In this document: positions 42,185 through 53,165 of the stretch, one piece after another
How positions within the stretch are numbered: position 1 is the first letter of the stretch
How the letters are laid out: each line of letters begins with the position of its first letter
Source: Candidatus Dormiibacterota bacterium
GTDB lineage: Bacteria; Chloroflexota; Dormibacteria; Aeolococcales; Aeolococcaceae
Length of the DNA stretch: 64,000 bases
Assembly: GCA_963709585.1 (NCBI GenBank)
Contig: CAVPXI010000021.1
Coordinates: 64,001 to 128,000, forward strand
Direction: 5' to 3'
Notes under the pieces: model-generated
What the model was told of the DNA's origin: nothing
What the model saw: only the letters and a program-made list of their open reading frames with translations
Database searches by the model: none
Made by a program: the position numbers and the translations under genes

Positions 42185-42341
42185 TCTATTGTCAAATCCG
42201 GCCCTGGGCCGCATCCTATCCCGGCACCCGGCGTCACATCGCCCCATTCGTCTCACTCAGCGCCGGGAAGAGGACTGAGTCATCCGTCCCACCCCGCGTC
42301 CGACGATCGACAGCCCAATCACGCTGCGCCGGATTGCAGTC

Positions 42342-42752
42342 GTGCTCATCGCCGGGGTCTGCGGACTGGTCGCATTCGCGGTGTACGGACAGGTCGCTCA
42401 AACCCGCCAGCTCGACGCCCAGGTCAGCGCGCTCGCTGCGCAGAACACGGCGCTGACGCAGCAGATCTCGGACCGCGAGCGCGAGATCGCTGACGCCCAG
42501 ACGGTCGCCTGGCTGGAGCAGGAGGCGCGGCAGCTCGGCTACATCTTCCCCGGAGAGCAGCTGTACGTCATCGTTCCCCCGGGCGCGGCGCGGGCGTCGA
42601 CGGGCGGCGTGCCGGCGGCAATTCCAACCTACAAAGCACCGGCAACACCAACGCCCGTCCCGTCTACGACTCCAAAGCCGAGTGCAAGCCCGAGCCCCAG
42701 CCCAGGCCACGGGCCGACAGCCTCTCCGACCCCCACGCCGGCGCCGCACTGA
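42342..42752 (+). CDS. Septum formation initiator DivIC/FtsB-like; true start probably further upstream
   Basis: TM helix, coiled coil, E..AR.LGY..PGE motif, Pro/Thr tail; mazG-divIC-tilS context. Confidence 0.75.
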   Translation: MLIAGVCGLVAFAVYGQVAQTRQLDAQVSALAAQNTALTQQISDREREIADAQTVAWLEQEARQLGYIFPGEQLYVIVPPGAARASTGGVPAAIPTYKAPATPTPVPSTTPKPSASPSPSPGHGPTASPTPTPAPH

Positions 42753-42799
42753 GTGCCGTTTGCGCCGAGGAGGCAATGCCACGTGCGGTATCCTCTGAG

Positions 42800-42871
42800 A
42801 GCGGCGTGGAGCAGTGGAAGCTCGTCGGGCTCATAACCCGAAGGTCGTCGGTTCGAATCCGACCGCCGCAA
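42800..42871 (+). tRNA. Initiator tRNA-fMet(CAT)
   Basis: Anticodon stem TCGGG/CCCGA with three G-C pairs, loop CTCATAA, unpaired position 1:72. Confidence 0.95.
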
Positions 42872-42894
42872 TTTCTTTCCCCAGCAGAATGCTT

Positions 42895-42970
42895 GGCGGT
42901 TTAGCTCAGGTGGTAGAGCAGCCGGTTCATACCCGGTATGTCCCTGGTTCGAATCCAGGAACCGCCACCA
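42895..42970 (+). tRNA. Elongator tRNA-Met(CAT)
   Basis: Acceptor stem GGCGGTT/AACCGCC, loop TTCATAC, encoded CCA. Confidence 0.92.
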
Positions 42971-43702
42971 TGCCCGGAGCATCCGGCAGGCTGACGCCGA
43001 GGGAGCGAACCGCCGCGGTGGCGCGGGTGCGGCGCGCGGTCGCGACCGCCGTGGACCGGCGAGGCGTGATCGTCCCGGGTGAGCACGTGCTGATCGCGTG
43101 CAGCGGAGGACCCGAACTCGACCGCGCTGCTCGACGGTCTGGCGCGTCTCGCGCCACCGCGTGGCTGGCGCCTGTCGGTCGCGCACGTCGACCACGGGCT
43201 TCGCGCCGGCTCGGCGGCAGAAGCCGAGCTCGTGGCGCGTCTTGCCGCCGATCGAGGACTGGCGTTTCGGGCGCTCTCGGTCCGGGTCGCGCTTGGGGGG
43301 TCGCTGCAGGATCGCGCCCGCACCGCGCGTCACGCTGCGCTGCGCGCGGAGGCGGCGCGGGTCGGCGCCGCGGTGATCGCTCTCGGCCACACCGCGGACG
43401 ATCAGGCGGAGACCGTGCTCATGCGCGCGCTCTCGGGCGCATCCCCGGCGGGGCTTCCCGCAATGGCCGAGCGCGAGCGTGGACTGGTGCGCCCATTGCT
43501 CCGGGTGTGGCGCGACGCCACGATCGCGTACTGCGCCGCCCTGGGCATCGACCCACTCGACGATCCGAGCAACTCGGACCCGCGATTCCTCCGCAGCCGG
43601 GTGCGCCACCAGGTGATCCCCGCACTCGAGGCGGTGTTCCCCGGCGCCCGCCGCCGGCTGGTCGTGCTCGCCGAGCGCCAGCGGCGGCTGCTGGGGGGTT
43701 GA
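42970..43702 (+). CDS. tilS: tRNA(Ile)-lysidine synthase, short form; apparent +1 frameshift near 43115
   Basis: IACSGGP(D)S, AHVDHGLR, GHTADDQAET, VRPLL, DPSN; upstream of ftsH. Confidence 0.88.
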
Positions 43703-43730
43703 GATCGGGGACCCCTGGTAGACTGAGTTC

Positions 43731-45679
<1,949 letters not shown>

Positions 45680-45825
45680 AGGTAGACTCTGGCCGACCGG
45701 CCACCGTGGCCGTCGACGGCTCAATGCGACCCGGGGACGCCGCGTGCGCCTCGAGGCTCGCTGCCGGCGGCGGGGTAGGTGACCTGGCTCGAAGAGCGCT
45801 TGGATCCACCCAGGAGGACCGAGAC

Positions 45826-46683
45826 GTGGAGGGAGTAGGCACGCCGACGTTGGCGATCATCGGCGCCGGCCGCGCCGGGTCGGCGCTCGCGATCGCCGCG
45901 CATGACGCCGGGTATCGCGTGGCCGCGGTCGCCAGCCGCCGGGGCGAGATGGCCGTACGGCTCGCGGACACGGTTGGCGCTCGTGCCGTGGCCACCCCGC
46001 TCGCGGCCGTTGCCGAGGCGGATCTCTCCCTGCTGGCGGTGCCGGATGGGGCGATCTCGGAACTGGCGGATTCGATCGCCGCGTCCGGGGTCTCGCTCCA
46101 TGGTCGTGGCGTCGTCCACCTCGGTGCCCGGTTCGGCCCCGAGATCATCGGATCCCTGCGCATCACCGGCGCCGAGGTCGGAGTGCTCCACCCGCTCCAG
46201 GCGCTCGCCGGCCCGGACAGCGCCTCGCTCCTGGAAGGCGCGTACTTCCGCATCGATGCCACCGGGACGCTTCGGCAGCGGCTGCTGGCGCTGGTATCCG
46301 CGCTCCACGCGACGCCCCTCGAGATCGATCCGGGGAAGGCGCCCCTGTACCATGCGGCCGCGGTGCTCGCCGGCAACGCCCCGTTGGCGTTGCTCGCCGA
46401 GGCGACGCGACTGCTCGAGGCTGCGGGCCTGAGTGCCGAGACCGCGCATGCGGCGCTGGCGGCGCTGCTCGAAGGCGCCGCCCACAACGCACGCCGCGCC
46501 GGACCCGCCGCGGCGCTCACCGGACCCGTCGCCCGGGGAGATCGCGACGCGATCGCCGCGCACCTCGACGCGCTCGCGCCCCACCCCGAGGCGCGCGATC
46601 TTTACCTGCACCTCACCCGGGCGATGGAGTCGCTGCTCGCGACCCGACCGGTCGACAGTGACACCGGCGCCCGGGTGGCGTGA
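45826..46683 (+). CDS. Rossmann-like/DUF2520 oxidoreductase (possible ketopantoate reductase)
   Basis: IIGAGRAG, LAVPD, HPLQ, YHAAAV.A.N, LTGPVARGD; coupled to panB. Confidence 0.8.
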   Translation: MEGVGTPTLAIIGAGRAGSALAIAAHDAGYRVAAVASRRGEMAVRLADTVGARAVATPLAAVAEADLSLLAVPDGAISELADSIAASGVSLHGRGVVHLGARFGPEIIGSLRITGAEVGVLHPLQALAGPDSASLLEGAYFRIDATGTLRQRLLALVSALHATPLEIDPGKAPLYHAAAVLAGNAPLALLAEATRLLEAAGLSAETAHAALAALLEGAAHNARRAGPAAALTGPVARGDRDAIAAHLDALAPHPEARDLYLHLTRAMESLLATRPVDSDTGARVA

Positions 46684-47489
46684 GCATGGCGGTCAGCATC
46701 CGCGACCTGGCGGCGTGGAAAGCCAGCGGCACGCGGTTCGTGATGCTCACCGCGTACGACTACCCGACCGCGCGGCTGCTCGCCGAGGCCGAGGTGCCGG
46801 TGCTCCTTGTCGGCGACTCACTCGCCGACAACGTCCTCGGCTATCCCAACACCATCCCGGTGACCATGACCGAGATGCTCCACCACGCTCGCGCTGTGGC
46901 ACGGGGCGCCTCGGGCCAGCTGCTGGTCGGGGATCTCCCCTTCGGGAGCTATCAGCGCTCTTGTGCGGACGCGGTCGAGAACGCCGTCGAATTCCTGAAG
47001 GCCGGGATGCACGCGGTCAAGCTCGAGGGCGCCGGGTGGGTCGTCGAGACCGTCGCCCGTCTGATCCAGCGGGGCATACCGGTGATGGGCCACCTCGGAC
47101 TCACGCCCCAGTCGGTCAACGCCTTCGGCGGCCTGAAGGTGCAGGCGAGAAGCGCGGCGGACCGCGAGCGGCTCATCGCCGACGCACACGCGCTCGAGGA
47201 TGCGGGGGCTTTCGCGCTCGTGGTCGAGGGGATACCGCGGGACCTGGCTGCCCAGGTCACGAGCGAGCTGGTGATACCCACGATCGGCATCGGCGCCGGA
47301 CCCGACTGCGACGCCCAGGTCCTGGTCATCCACGACCTGCTCGGCATCACCGGTCACCTTCGCGGCACGGTGCCGAAGTTCGTGAAGCCCTATGCTGACC
47401 TGGGCGAAAGCATCGTCAGCGCGGCGCGCGCATACGCGGACGACGTCCGCGAGGGCCGGTTCCCCGACGATGCCCACTCCTTCCACTGA
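46680..47489 (+). CDS. panB: Ketopantoate hydroxymethyltransferase
   Basis: MLTAYD, LLVGDS, VKLEG, GHLGLTPQS, IGIGAG. Confidence 0.96.
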   Translation: MSMAVSIRDLAAWKASGTRFVMLTAYDYPTARLLAEAEVPVLLVGDSLADNVLGYPNTIPVTMTEMLHHARAVARGASGQLLVGDLPFGSYQRSCADAVENAVEFLKAGMHAVKLEGAGWVVETVARLIQRGIPVMGHLGLTPQSVNAFGGLKVQARSAADRERLIADAHALEDAGAFALVVEGIPRDLAAQVTSELVIPTIGIGAGPDCDAQVLVIHDLLGITGHLRGTVPKFVKPYADLGESIVSAARAYADDVREGRFPDDAHSFH

Positions 47490-48366
47490 CGCGCCAGAGC
47501 TACTCGCGACCCCCGCGGAGCTCCGCCGGCGGTCCACGACGTGGCGCGAGGCCGGCCTGTCGGTCGGGATGGTGCCGACCATGGGTGCCCTGCACGCCGG
47601 CCATCGCGCGCTGATCGACCGCGCGGTCGCGGAAAACGACCGGGTGGTCCTGACCATCTTCGTCAACCCGGCTCAGTTCGGGCCCGGCGAGGACTTCGCC
47701 CGCTACCCGAGGACGATGAGCGCCGACCTCGCCGTGCTCGCCTCCGCCGGGGTGGACGCGGCGTTCGCCCCGACCGTCGAGACGATGTACCCGCCCGGCA
47801 TCGTCACCCGGCTCGACGTCGCCGGGCCGCTCGGCAACCGGCTCGAGGGGGCCAGCCGCCCGGGCCATTTCAACGGGGTCGCCCTGATCGTCACCAAGCT
47901 GCTCGTTGCCGGTCTGCCCGACAGGGCCTACTTCGGGCAGAAGGACGCGCAGCAGTGTGCGGTGGTCCGCCACCTCGCCCGCGACCTCGACACCGGCGTC
48001 GAAATCGTTGTCTGTCCAACGGTTCGAGACGTCGACGGCCTCGCGATCTCGAGCCGCAATGTCTACCTCAGCCCCGAAGAACGAGCGCGGGCCTCGGCTA
48101 TTCCATCGAGCCTGAGGATGGCGATGGCTCGATTCGATGCCGGTGAGCGAGACGCCACAGCGCTGGCAACAGCTGTTCGGTCCTTCCTGGAGAACGAAAG
48201 ACTGGACGTCGACTACGTTGCCGTGGTAGAGGCGGAAGACTTCGCCGAGGTCGAAACCGCAGTCCCCACAAACCAAATCGTACTGGCTGCTAGAATAGGG
48301 AACACACGGTTGATTGATGTCGTTCGGCTGGGGGTCGACACAGCGCCCGTAGGTCGTGGCGTCTAG
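47470..48366 (+). CDS. panC: Pantoate-beta-alanine ligase
   Basis: PTMGALHAGH, FVNP.QF, RPGHF.GV, FGQKD, SSRN, TRLID. Confidence 0.95.
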   Translation: MPTPSTDAPELLATPAELRRRSTTWREAGLSVGMVPTMGALHAGHRALIDRAVAENDRVVLTIFVNPAQFGPGEDFARYPRTMSADLAVLASAGVDAAFAPTVETMYPPGIVTRLDVAGPLGNRLEGASRPGHFNGVALIVTKLLVAGLPDRAYFGQKDAQQCAVVRHLARDLDTGVEIVVCPTVRDVDGLAISSRNVYLSPEERARASAIPSSLRMAMARFDAGERDATALATAVRSFLENERLDVDYVAVVEAEDFAEVETAVPTNQIVLAARIGNTRLIDVVRLGVDTAPVGRGV

Positions 48367-48375
48367 GGGAGATCA

Positions 48376-48555
48376 GTGCAGCGGGTCATCATGAAGTCGA
48401 AAATCCACCGCGCCACCGGGACGCGACGGGTCGACGGCTTCGCAAGGTCGTGTGGCAACGCGCCCGAATCGATGCGCACCACCCGAAGCGTGGCGCGCGA
48501 GCTCATGCGCGTGAACGCTAATAGCCGCATTGCTGAGCAGGCGGCGATCGCGTGA
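48376..48555 (+). pseudogene. panD: Internally deleted panD relic (59 codons, in frame)
   Basis: MQRVIMKSKIHRAT matches the PanD N-terminus; no Gly-Ser cleavage site; GTGA overlap with nadB. Confidence 0.75.
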
Positions 48556-50135
48556 TCAACGGAGCCGCACCGACGGATTACGACGTGGTGGTCGTCGGGA
48601 GTGGCATCGCGGGACTTCAGCTGCACTCACCGCCGCGCCGCGCGCACGGGTTGCGGTTGTCACCAAAGGCGCGCTCGACGATGGGTGCAGCCGGTTCGCG
48701 CAGGGCGGGATTGCAGCCGCGGTGGGCGACGGTGATTCACCGGAGTTGCATTACGAGGACACCATTGCAGCGGGTCGAGGGCTCTGCCATCCGGACGCTG
48801 TGCGCGTGCTCGTCGAGGAAGGACCGGCACGCATTCGCCAGTTGATCGAATGGGGCGTGGCGTTCGACACCCAGGACGGCGAGCTTTTGCTGGCGCAGGA
48901 GGCAGCGCATTCGCGCCCGCGCATTCTCCATGCACGGGGCGACGGGACCGGGCTCGAGGTGGAGACGGCGTTGATCCGCCGACTCCGCGCCAGTGATGCC
49001 CGGGTCATCGAACATGCTGATGTCACCGGGATTCTCACCACCACCGACGGCGTCGGCTGCGGGGTGTCGATCACGACCAATTCCTCTGATACGCACACGA
49101 CGACCCTGTCGTCAGCGGCGGTCGTGCTGGCAAGCGGCGGAGCGAGCCGTCTCTGGCGAAACAGCACGAATCCCGAATCCGCAACCGGCGACGGTGTCGC
49201 CCTCGGCTACGCGGCCGGCGCCGATGTCGCGGGCATGGAGTTCGCGCAGTTCCATCCCACAGCGCTCGCCATGGAGGGCGCGCCGAGGTTCCTGATCAGC
49301 GAGGCGGTACGCGGCGAAGGCGCGTGGATCGTCAACCGTGACGGCAGGCGCTTCGTGCTCGACGTCGACCCGCGCGGCGAGCTCGCCGGTCGGGACGTCG
49401 TCGCCCGGGCGATCTGGGAGGAGCTCGAACGCAGCGGCGAGCGCTGCGTCTTCCTCGACTGCTCCCCGGTCGGTGAGCGGGTCGCGGTGCGCTTTCCGAC
49501 CATCGCGGCGACCTGCGCACGATACGGCCTCGACATCGCGCGCGATCCGATCCCGGTGTCGCCCGGCCGCGCACTACATGATCGGCGGGGTGCGGACCGA
49601 CCTCGATGGTGCAACCACCGTCCCGGGCTTGTATGCCTGCGGTGAGGTGGCCCACAGCGGGGTGCACGGCGCGAACCGGCTGGCGAGCAACAGCCTGCTC
49701 GAATCCCTGGTGTTCTCGCAGCGCGCGGTGCAGGGCGCACTGGGCTGGGCGGCGGAATCGCCACCGGCTCAAGCCGCGCAGGCGACCCGGGCCTCGAGCC
49801 CGCGCGCATCCACGCCCGACATTCTTGATGGATGGAACACGCTGCGCGACGCGCTCTGGACGGGCGCGGGCGTGGTTCGAGACGAAGCCGGGCTACGCGC
49901 AGCATCTCGCGAGTGCGAGGCAGTCGCCGCAGCGACAGCGGGAGCCACATCGCTCTCGACGATGCAACTGCATGCCGCCGCGTCGACGGCGTCGCTGGTG
50001 TGCGCGGCGGCCCTGGCTCGTGAGGAGAGCCGAGGATGCCACCTCCGTTCTGATCTCCCCCAAGCAAGCGATCAATGGCATGGCGATCTCGTCATGCACA
50101 AGGACAGAGGAGCACGCTTTGACCGTCACCTTTAG
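48552..50135 (+). CDS. nadB: L-aspartate oxidase; two apparent frameshifts (about 48617 and 49563)
   Basis: [62 protein letters not shown]. Confidence 0.9.
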
Positions 50136-50985
50136 ACCCATCACCGAGGCGCTTTCGTCGGAGAGCATCGACCTGCTCATCGAGTCGGCGCTCGCCGAGG
50201 ACGTCGGAGCTGGCGATGTCACGACCCAGGCAGTGATTCCCGCCGACATGACCTGTCGGGGCAAGATCGTTTGCAAGCAGGATGGTGTCATCGCCGGGCT
50301 GAGCATCGCGCAGCGCGTGTTCCAGCGTGTGGACGAGCGCATCCAGTTCGACGCCAAAACCAAGGATGGGGAGAAGGTCCAGGCGGATCAGATCGTCGCG
50401 CGGCTCTTCGGTCCTGCCCGCGGGATGATGACCGCGGAGCGTGTCGGTCTCAACTTCCTACAGCACCTGAGCGGGATTGCGACCATAACCGCCAGGTATG
50501 TGAAGGCGGTCGACGGCACCAAGGCGAAGATCCTCGACACTCGCAAGACCACCCCGGGGCTGCGTGCCATCGAGAAGTACGCGACCCGCATGGGCGGCGC
50601 CGTGAACCACCGGATGGGGCTGTACGACGCGGTCCTGATCAAGGACACCCATCTCGCGCTCGTCGGCGGGATCACCCCGGCGCTGCGCGCCGCGCGCAAG
50701 GCATACCCGGAGATGGAGATCCACGTCGAGGTGAGCAACCTCCAGGAGCTGGAGCAGGCGCTCGCCGACAAGGCGTCGCACATCCTCCTCGACAACTTCT
50801 CCTGCGGTCAGGTACGCGAGGCGATGCAGCTGATTCGCGGCCGCGCCACCGTCGAGGTCAGCGGCGGCGTCCAGGTGACCAACGCCCGGGCATACGCGCT
50901 CGCAGGCGCGGATTTCATCAGCGTCGGTGCGTTGACGCACTCGGCGGTGGCGCTGGATTTCTCAATGAAGGTCACTCGCTACTGA
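50119..50985 (+). CDS. nadC: Quinolinate phosphoribosyltransferase
   Basis: [38 protein letters not shown]. Confidence 0.95.
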   Translation: MTVTFRPITEALSSESIDLLIESALAEDVGAGDVTTQAVIPADMTCRGKIVCKQDGVIAGLSIAQRVFQRVDERIQFDAKTKDGEKVQADQIVARLFGPARGMMTAERVGLNFLQHLSGIATITARYVKAVDGTKAKILDTRKTTPGLRAIEKYATRMGGAVNHRMGLYDAVLIKDTHLALVGGITPALRAARKAYPEMEIHVEVSNLQELEQALADKASHILLDNFSCGQVREAMQLIRGRATVEVSGGVQVTNARAYALAGADFISVGALTHSAVALDFSMKVTRY

Positions 50986-51096
50986 AGCAGGCGTTGTGGC
51001 GGGTGGGTCCTGTCATCGCGGGGACCCCTCGCCGACGCGCTTGTGGCGCGTCGGCGCTTCCCCCCGCGATGCCACCCACCGTCCGTCCTGCTTCAG
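50982..51096. repeat. Long nested palindrome (REP-like hairpin)
   Basis: CTGAAGCAGG/CCTGCTTCAG, CATCGCGGGG/CCCCGCGATG and CGCCGACGCGC/GCGCGTCGGCG arms. Confidence 0.75.
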
Positions 51097-51168
51097 GGCT
51101 CGTAGTGCGGGTGGTGCTTTTGGGGCGCGGCGTGGCCACTGCACGAGCTTTGCGTAGTTAGGTAACTG

Positions 51169-51792
51169 ATGCCTACGTTTGTTGATGGGCCTACGGTTAC
51201 TTTGCATGCGTTTGCGGTCGCGCATCCCTGGTTGACGCCGGTCGTGATTGGGGTCACGGCTGCGTTTATTTTCCTGTGCCCTCTTTGGTTCATCTTTATG
51301 GGGGTATGGGAGCGGCGGTTGAGGCCGGGGGTTGCGGCGTTGTTGGGGCTGGGGTTGACGCAGTGGGCGAGTCATGAGGTTGGCAAGCTGGTGTACCAGC
51401 CTCGGCCGTTTGTGGTGATGAAGTTCACGCCGCTGTATCCGCATCCGATGAACAACTCGTTTCCGTCGACCTTGACAGCGTTTGCTGCGGTGGCGGGCGT
51501 CATCGCGGTGCTTGCATGGCGGCGCAGGGGATTGGTGCTCGTGTTCGGCACCGGGGTGGTAGCGGTCGGTTGTGTCTACGTCGGAGTGCATTACGTGAGC
51601 GATGTGATCGTTGGCGCAGCGCTCGGCGCTGCGTGCGGAACGGTCACGTGGATGGTCGTCGGGTTGCCGCCCGTGACCCGGGCGCTCAGCGTGGTGGAGC
51701 GTCGCATTCCTGGGCGACGCCGTTCTCACGGCGCCGCCGCGACCGACCCGCGTCCTCGGGAAGTCCTCGAAGTCGCTACAGCAGCGAGTTGA
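51169..51792 (+). CDS. PAP2 / undecaprenyl-diphosphatase-like membrane protein
   Basis: K....PRPF, SFPS and VGVHY.SDV..G motifs; catalytic residues partly degenerate. Confidence 0.8.
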   Translation: MPTFVDGPTVTLHAFAVAHPWLTPVVIGVTAAFIFLCPLWFIFMGVWERRLRPGVAALLGLGLTQWASHEVGKLVYQPRPFVVMKFTPLYPHPMNNSFPSTLTAFAAVAGVIAVLAWRRRGLVLVFGTGVVAVGCVYVGVHYVSDVIVGAALGAACGTVTWMVVGLPPVTRALSVVERRIPGRRRSHGAAATDPRPREVLEVATAAS

Positions 51793-52330
51793 CCAGGGCC
51801 TCGAGCTGACTCAGCGTCGCCGGCGTCGCTGTCGCGACCGCCGCCACGACGGTCGTCCCCTTGGCCGCGACAACACCCTCGTTGTCCTTGCCACCGCCGA
51901 GAGAAACGACGAATGACCGCGCCTCATCGCCGACTCCCGACACCGGCTTGTACGCCACCGGGAAATTCGCGCTGTACTTCGATATGTAGGAAGCAGGGAT
52001 GTTCTGGAGCACGGTGATGATCACGTTCTCGGTGGTTGTGTGGTAGTTGCACACGATGCCTGTCGCACCGCTTGGGAGCTGGGCTGTGCTACCACCGACA
52101 ACATTGGTGGCATCTGGGAGCGTCGTGCCGAGCGCGGATCCTACCGACGAGCCGCTGGGGCACTGCGCGGCTGCCGCCGCCGCCGTCGGCGTCGGAGCGG
52201 CGACGGTCGGGGTGGCCGTGGCGGCGCCTGACGATGCTGTCGGGGTTGTGCTTGACCCCCCGCAGGCAGCGAGGGTCGCTGCGAAGGTCAGCGCGGTCAG
52301 CGGAATCCACCGCGAGTAGCTGCGTGTCAC
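51776..52330 (-). CDS. Lipoprotein
   Basis: Lipobox LAAC, Thr/Ala-rich linker, VSGVGDEA motif. Confidence 0.75.
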   Translation of the reverse strand: MTRSYSRWIPLTALTFAATLAACGGSSTTPTASSGAATATPTVAAPTPTAAAAAAQCPSGSSVGSALGTTLPDATNVVGGSTAQLPSGATGIVCNYHTTTENVIITVLQNIPASYISKYSANFPVAYKPVSGVGDEARSFVVSLGGGKDNEGVVAAKGTTVVAAVATATPATLSQLEALVNSLL

Positions 52331-52460
52331 GTGGGATGCCCTCCGTCTCAACATCGAGGTGTGAAGCACTCGACCAACGCACTATGCCCCACTTGCGGGC
52401 CGCCGCGCAGGGTGATCAGACTTATCCAATTCGCGCCCGGTTGCTCGTTCCGAGGAGGCT

Positions 52461-52760
52461 ATGACGATGGTGGATCACGGTCATCCCTCGGTTGGTCCGC
52501 AGAGCTCGAACGAGGAGCCGCAGTCGCATCTGACCCCCACGCCGCATGGCGGCGGATGGCGCATGTTCACGGCGCCGGTGGAGGTCGAGGCGTTCCTGGG
52601 TCAGACCTGGGTCAGCGTTTTGGTGGACGGGTTCGACGAGGAAAGCGCTGAGATCTGGGCGCGGTGGCCGCCGGAAGGCCACACCGCCGGAGACGTCCAC
52701 CATCAGGTGATCGACGCCTCGCACTATCGCGCGCCCAGCGGTGGTTTCCCGGCCGCCTGA
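52461..52760 (+). CDS. Small hypothetical protein
   Basis: Strong SD GAGGAGG before the ATG; host-like codons. Confidence 0.65.
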   Translation: MTMVDHGHPSVGPQSSNEEPQSHLTPTPHGGGWRMFTAPVEVEAFLGQTWVSVLVDGFDEESAEIWARWPPEGHTAGDVHHQVIDASHYRAPSGGFPAA

Positions 52761-52765
52761 AGCGC

Positions 52766-52797
52766 AAAGAAAAGCCCCACATCTTGCGACGCGGGGC
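52766..52797 (-). terminator. Intrinsic terminator
   Basis: GCCCCGCGTC-GCAA-GATGTGGGGC followed by TTTTCTTT; G-U pairs favour the minus strand. Confidence 0.85.
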
Positions 52798-52914
52798 CTT
52801 CAGTACGGGAGGCGGTGCCCTTCGGTGACCCTCAGGCTCGACCCTCGTCCGGACTGATGGGCCACCATCATCCCGGGCCGTCCACTCGTCATTTCTGGCT
52901 CGTGGACCCGCAAC
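52766..52914 (-). ncRNA. Candidate ~150-nt non-coding RNA
   Basis: TTGCAA-N17-TAGAGT promoter at 52948-52920, internal stems, intrinsic terminator. Confidence 0.6.
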
Positions 52915-53013
52915 AGGTGACTCTACAGAGCCGCCCAACGCTTTGCAACAACTTTGGCGATGTCCGTCGCCGGAGGGCACACGTCATCTCGACAGCGGGC
53001 GATCCGAGCTACC

Positions 53014-53101
53014 AAAGAAAAAGGCCGGGCAAGCGCCCTTCGGGTCGCCTGCGAACGGCGGCCGTCAGGAGAGAGGGGGGACTTTCTGCTTTGCCCGGCC
53101 C
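53014..53101 (-). ncRNA. Candidate ~88-nt sRNA with C/U-rich segment
   Basis: -10 TACTCT at 53114-53109; closing stem GGCCGGGCAA/TTGCCCGGCC followed by TTTTTCTTT. Confidence 0.55.
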
Positions 53102-53165
53102 GAAACTGAGAGTACCCAGATCCTTCGGCAGTCACTCGGGCCGCGCCTGCCGAGCTCCTCGACGG

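Noticed and set aside
42895-42970. Second CAT tRNA as tRNA-Ile2, the TilS substrate
   Set aside because: The GGCGG acceptor stem and TTCATAC loop fit elongator Met better; it lacks C4/C5
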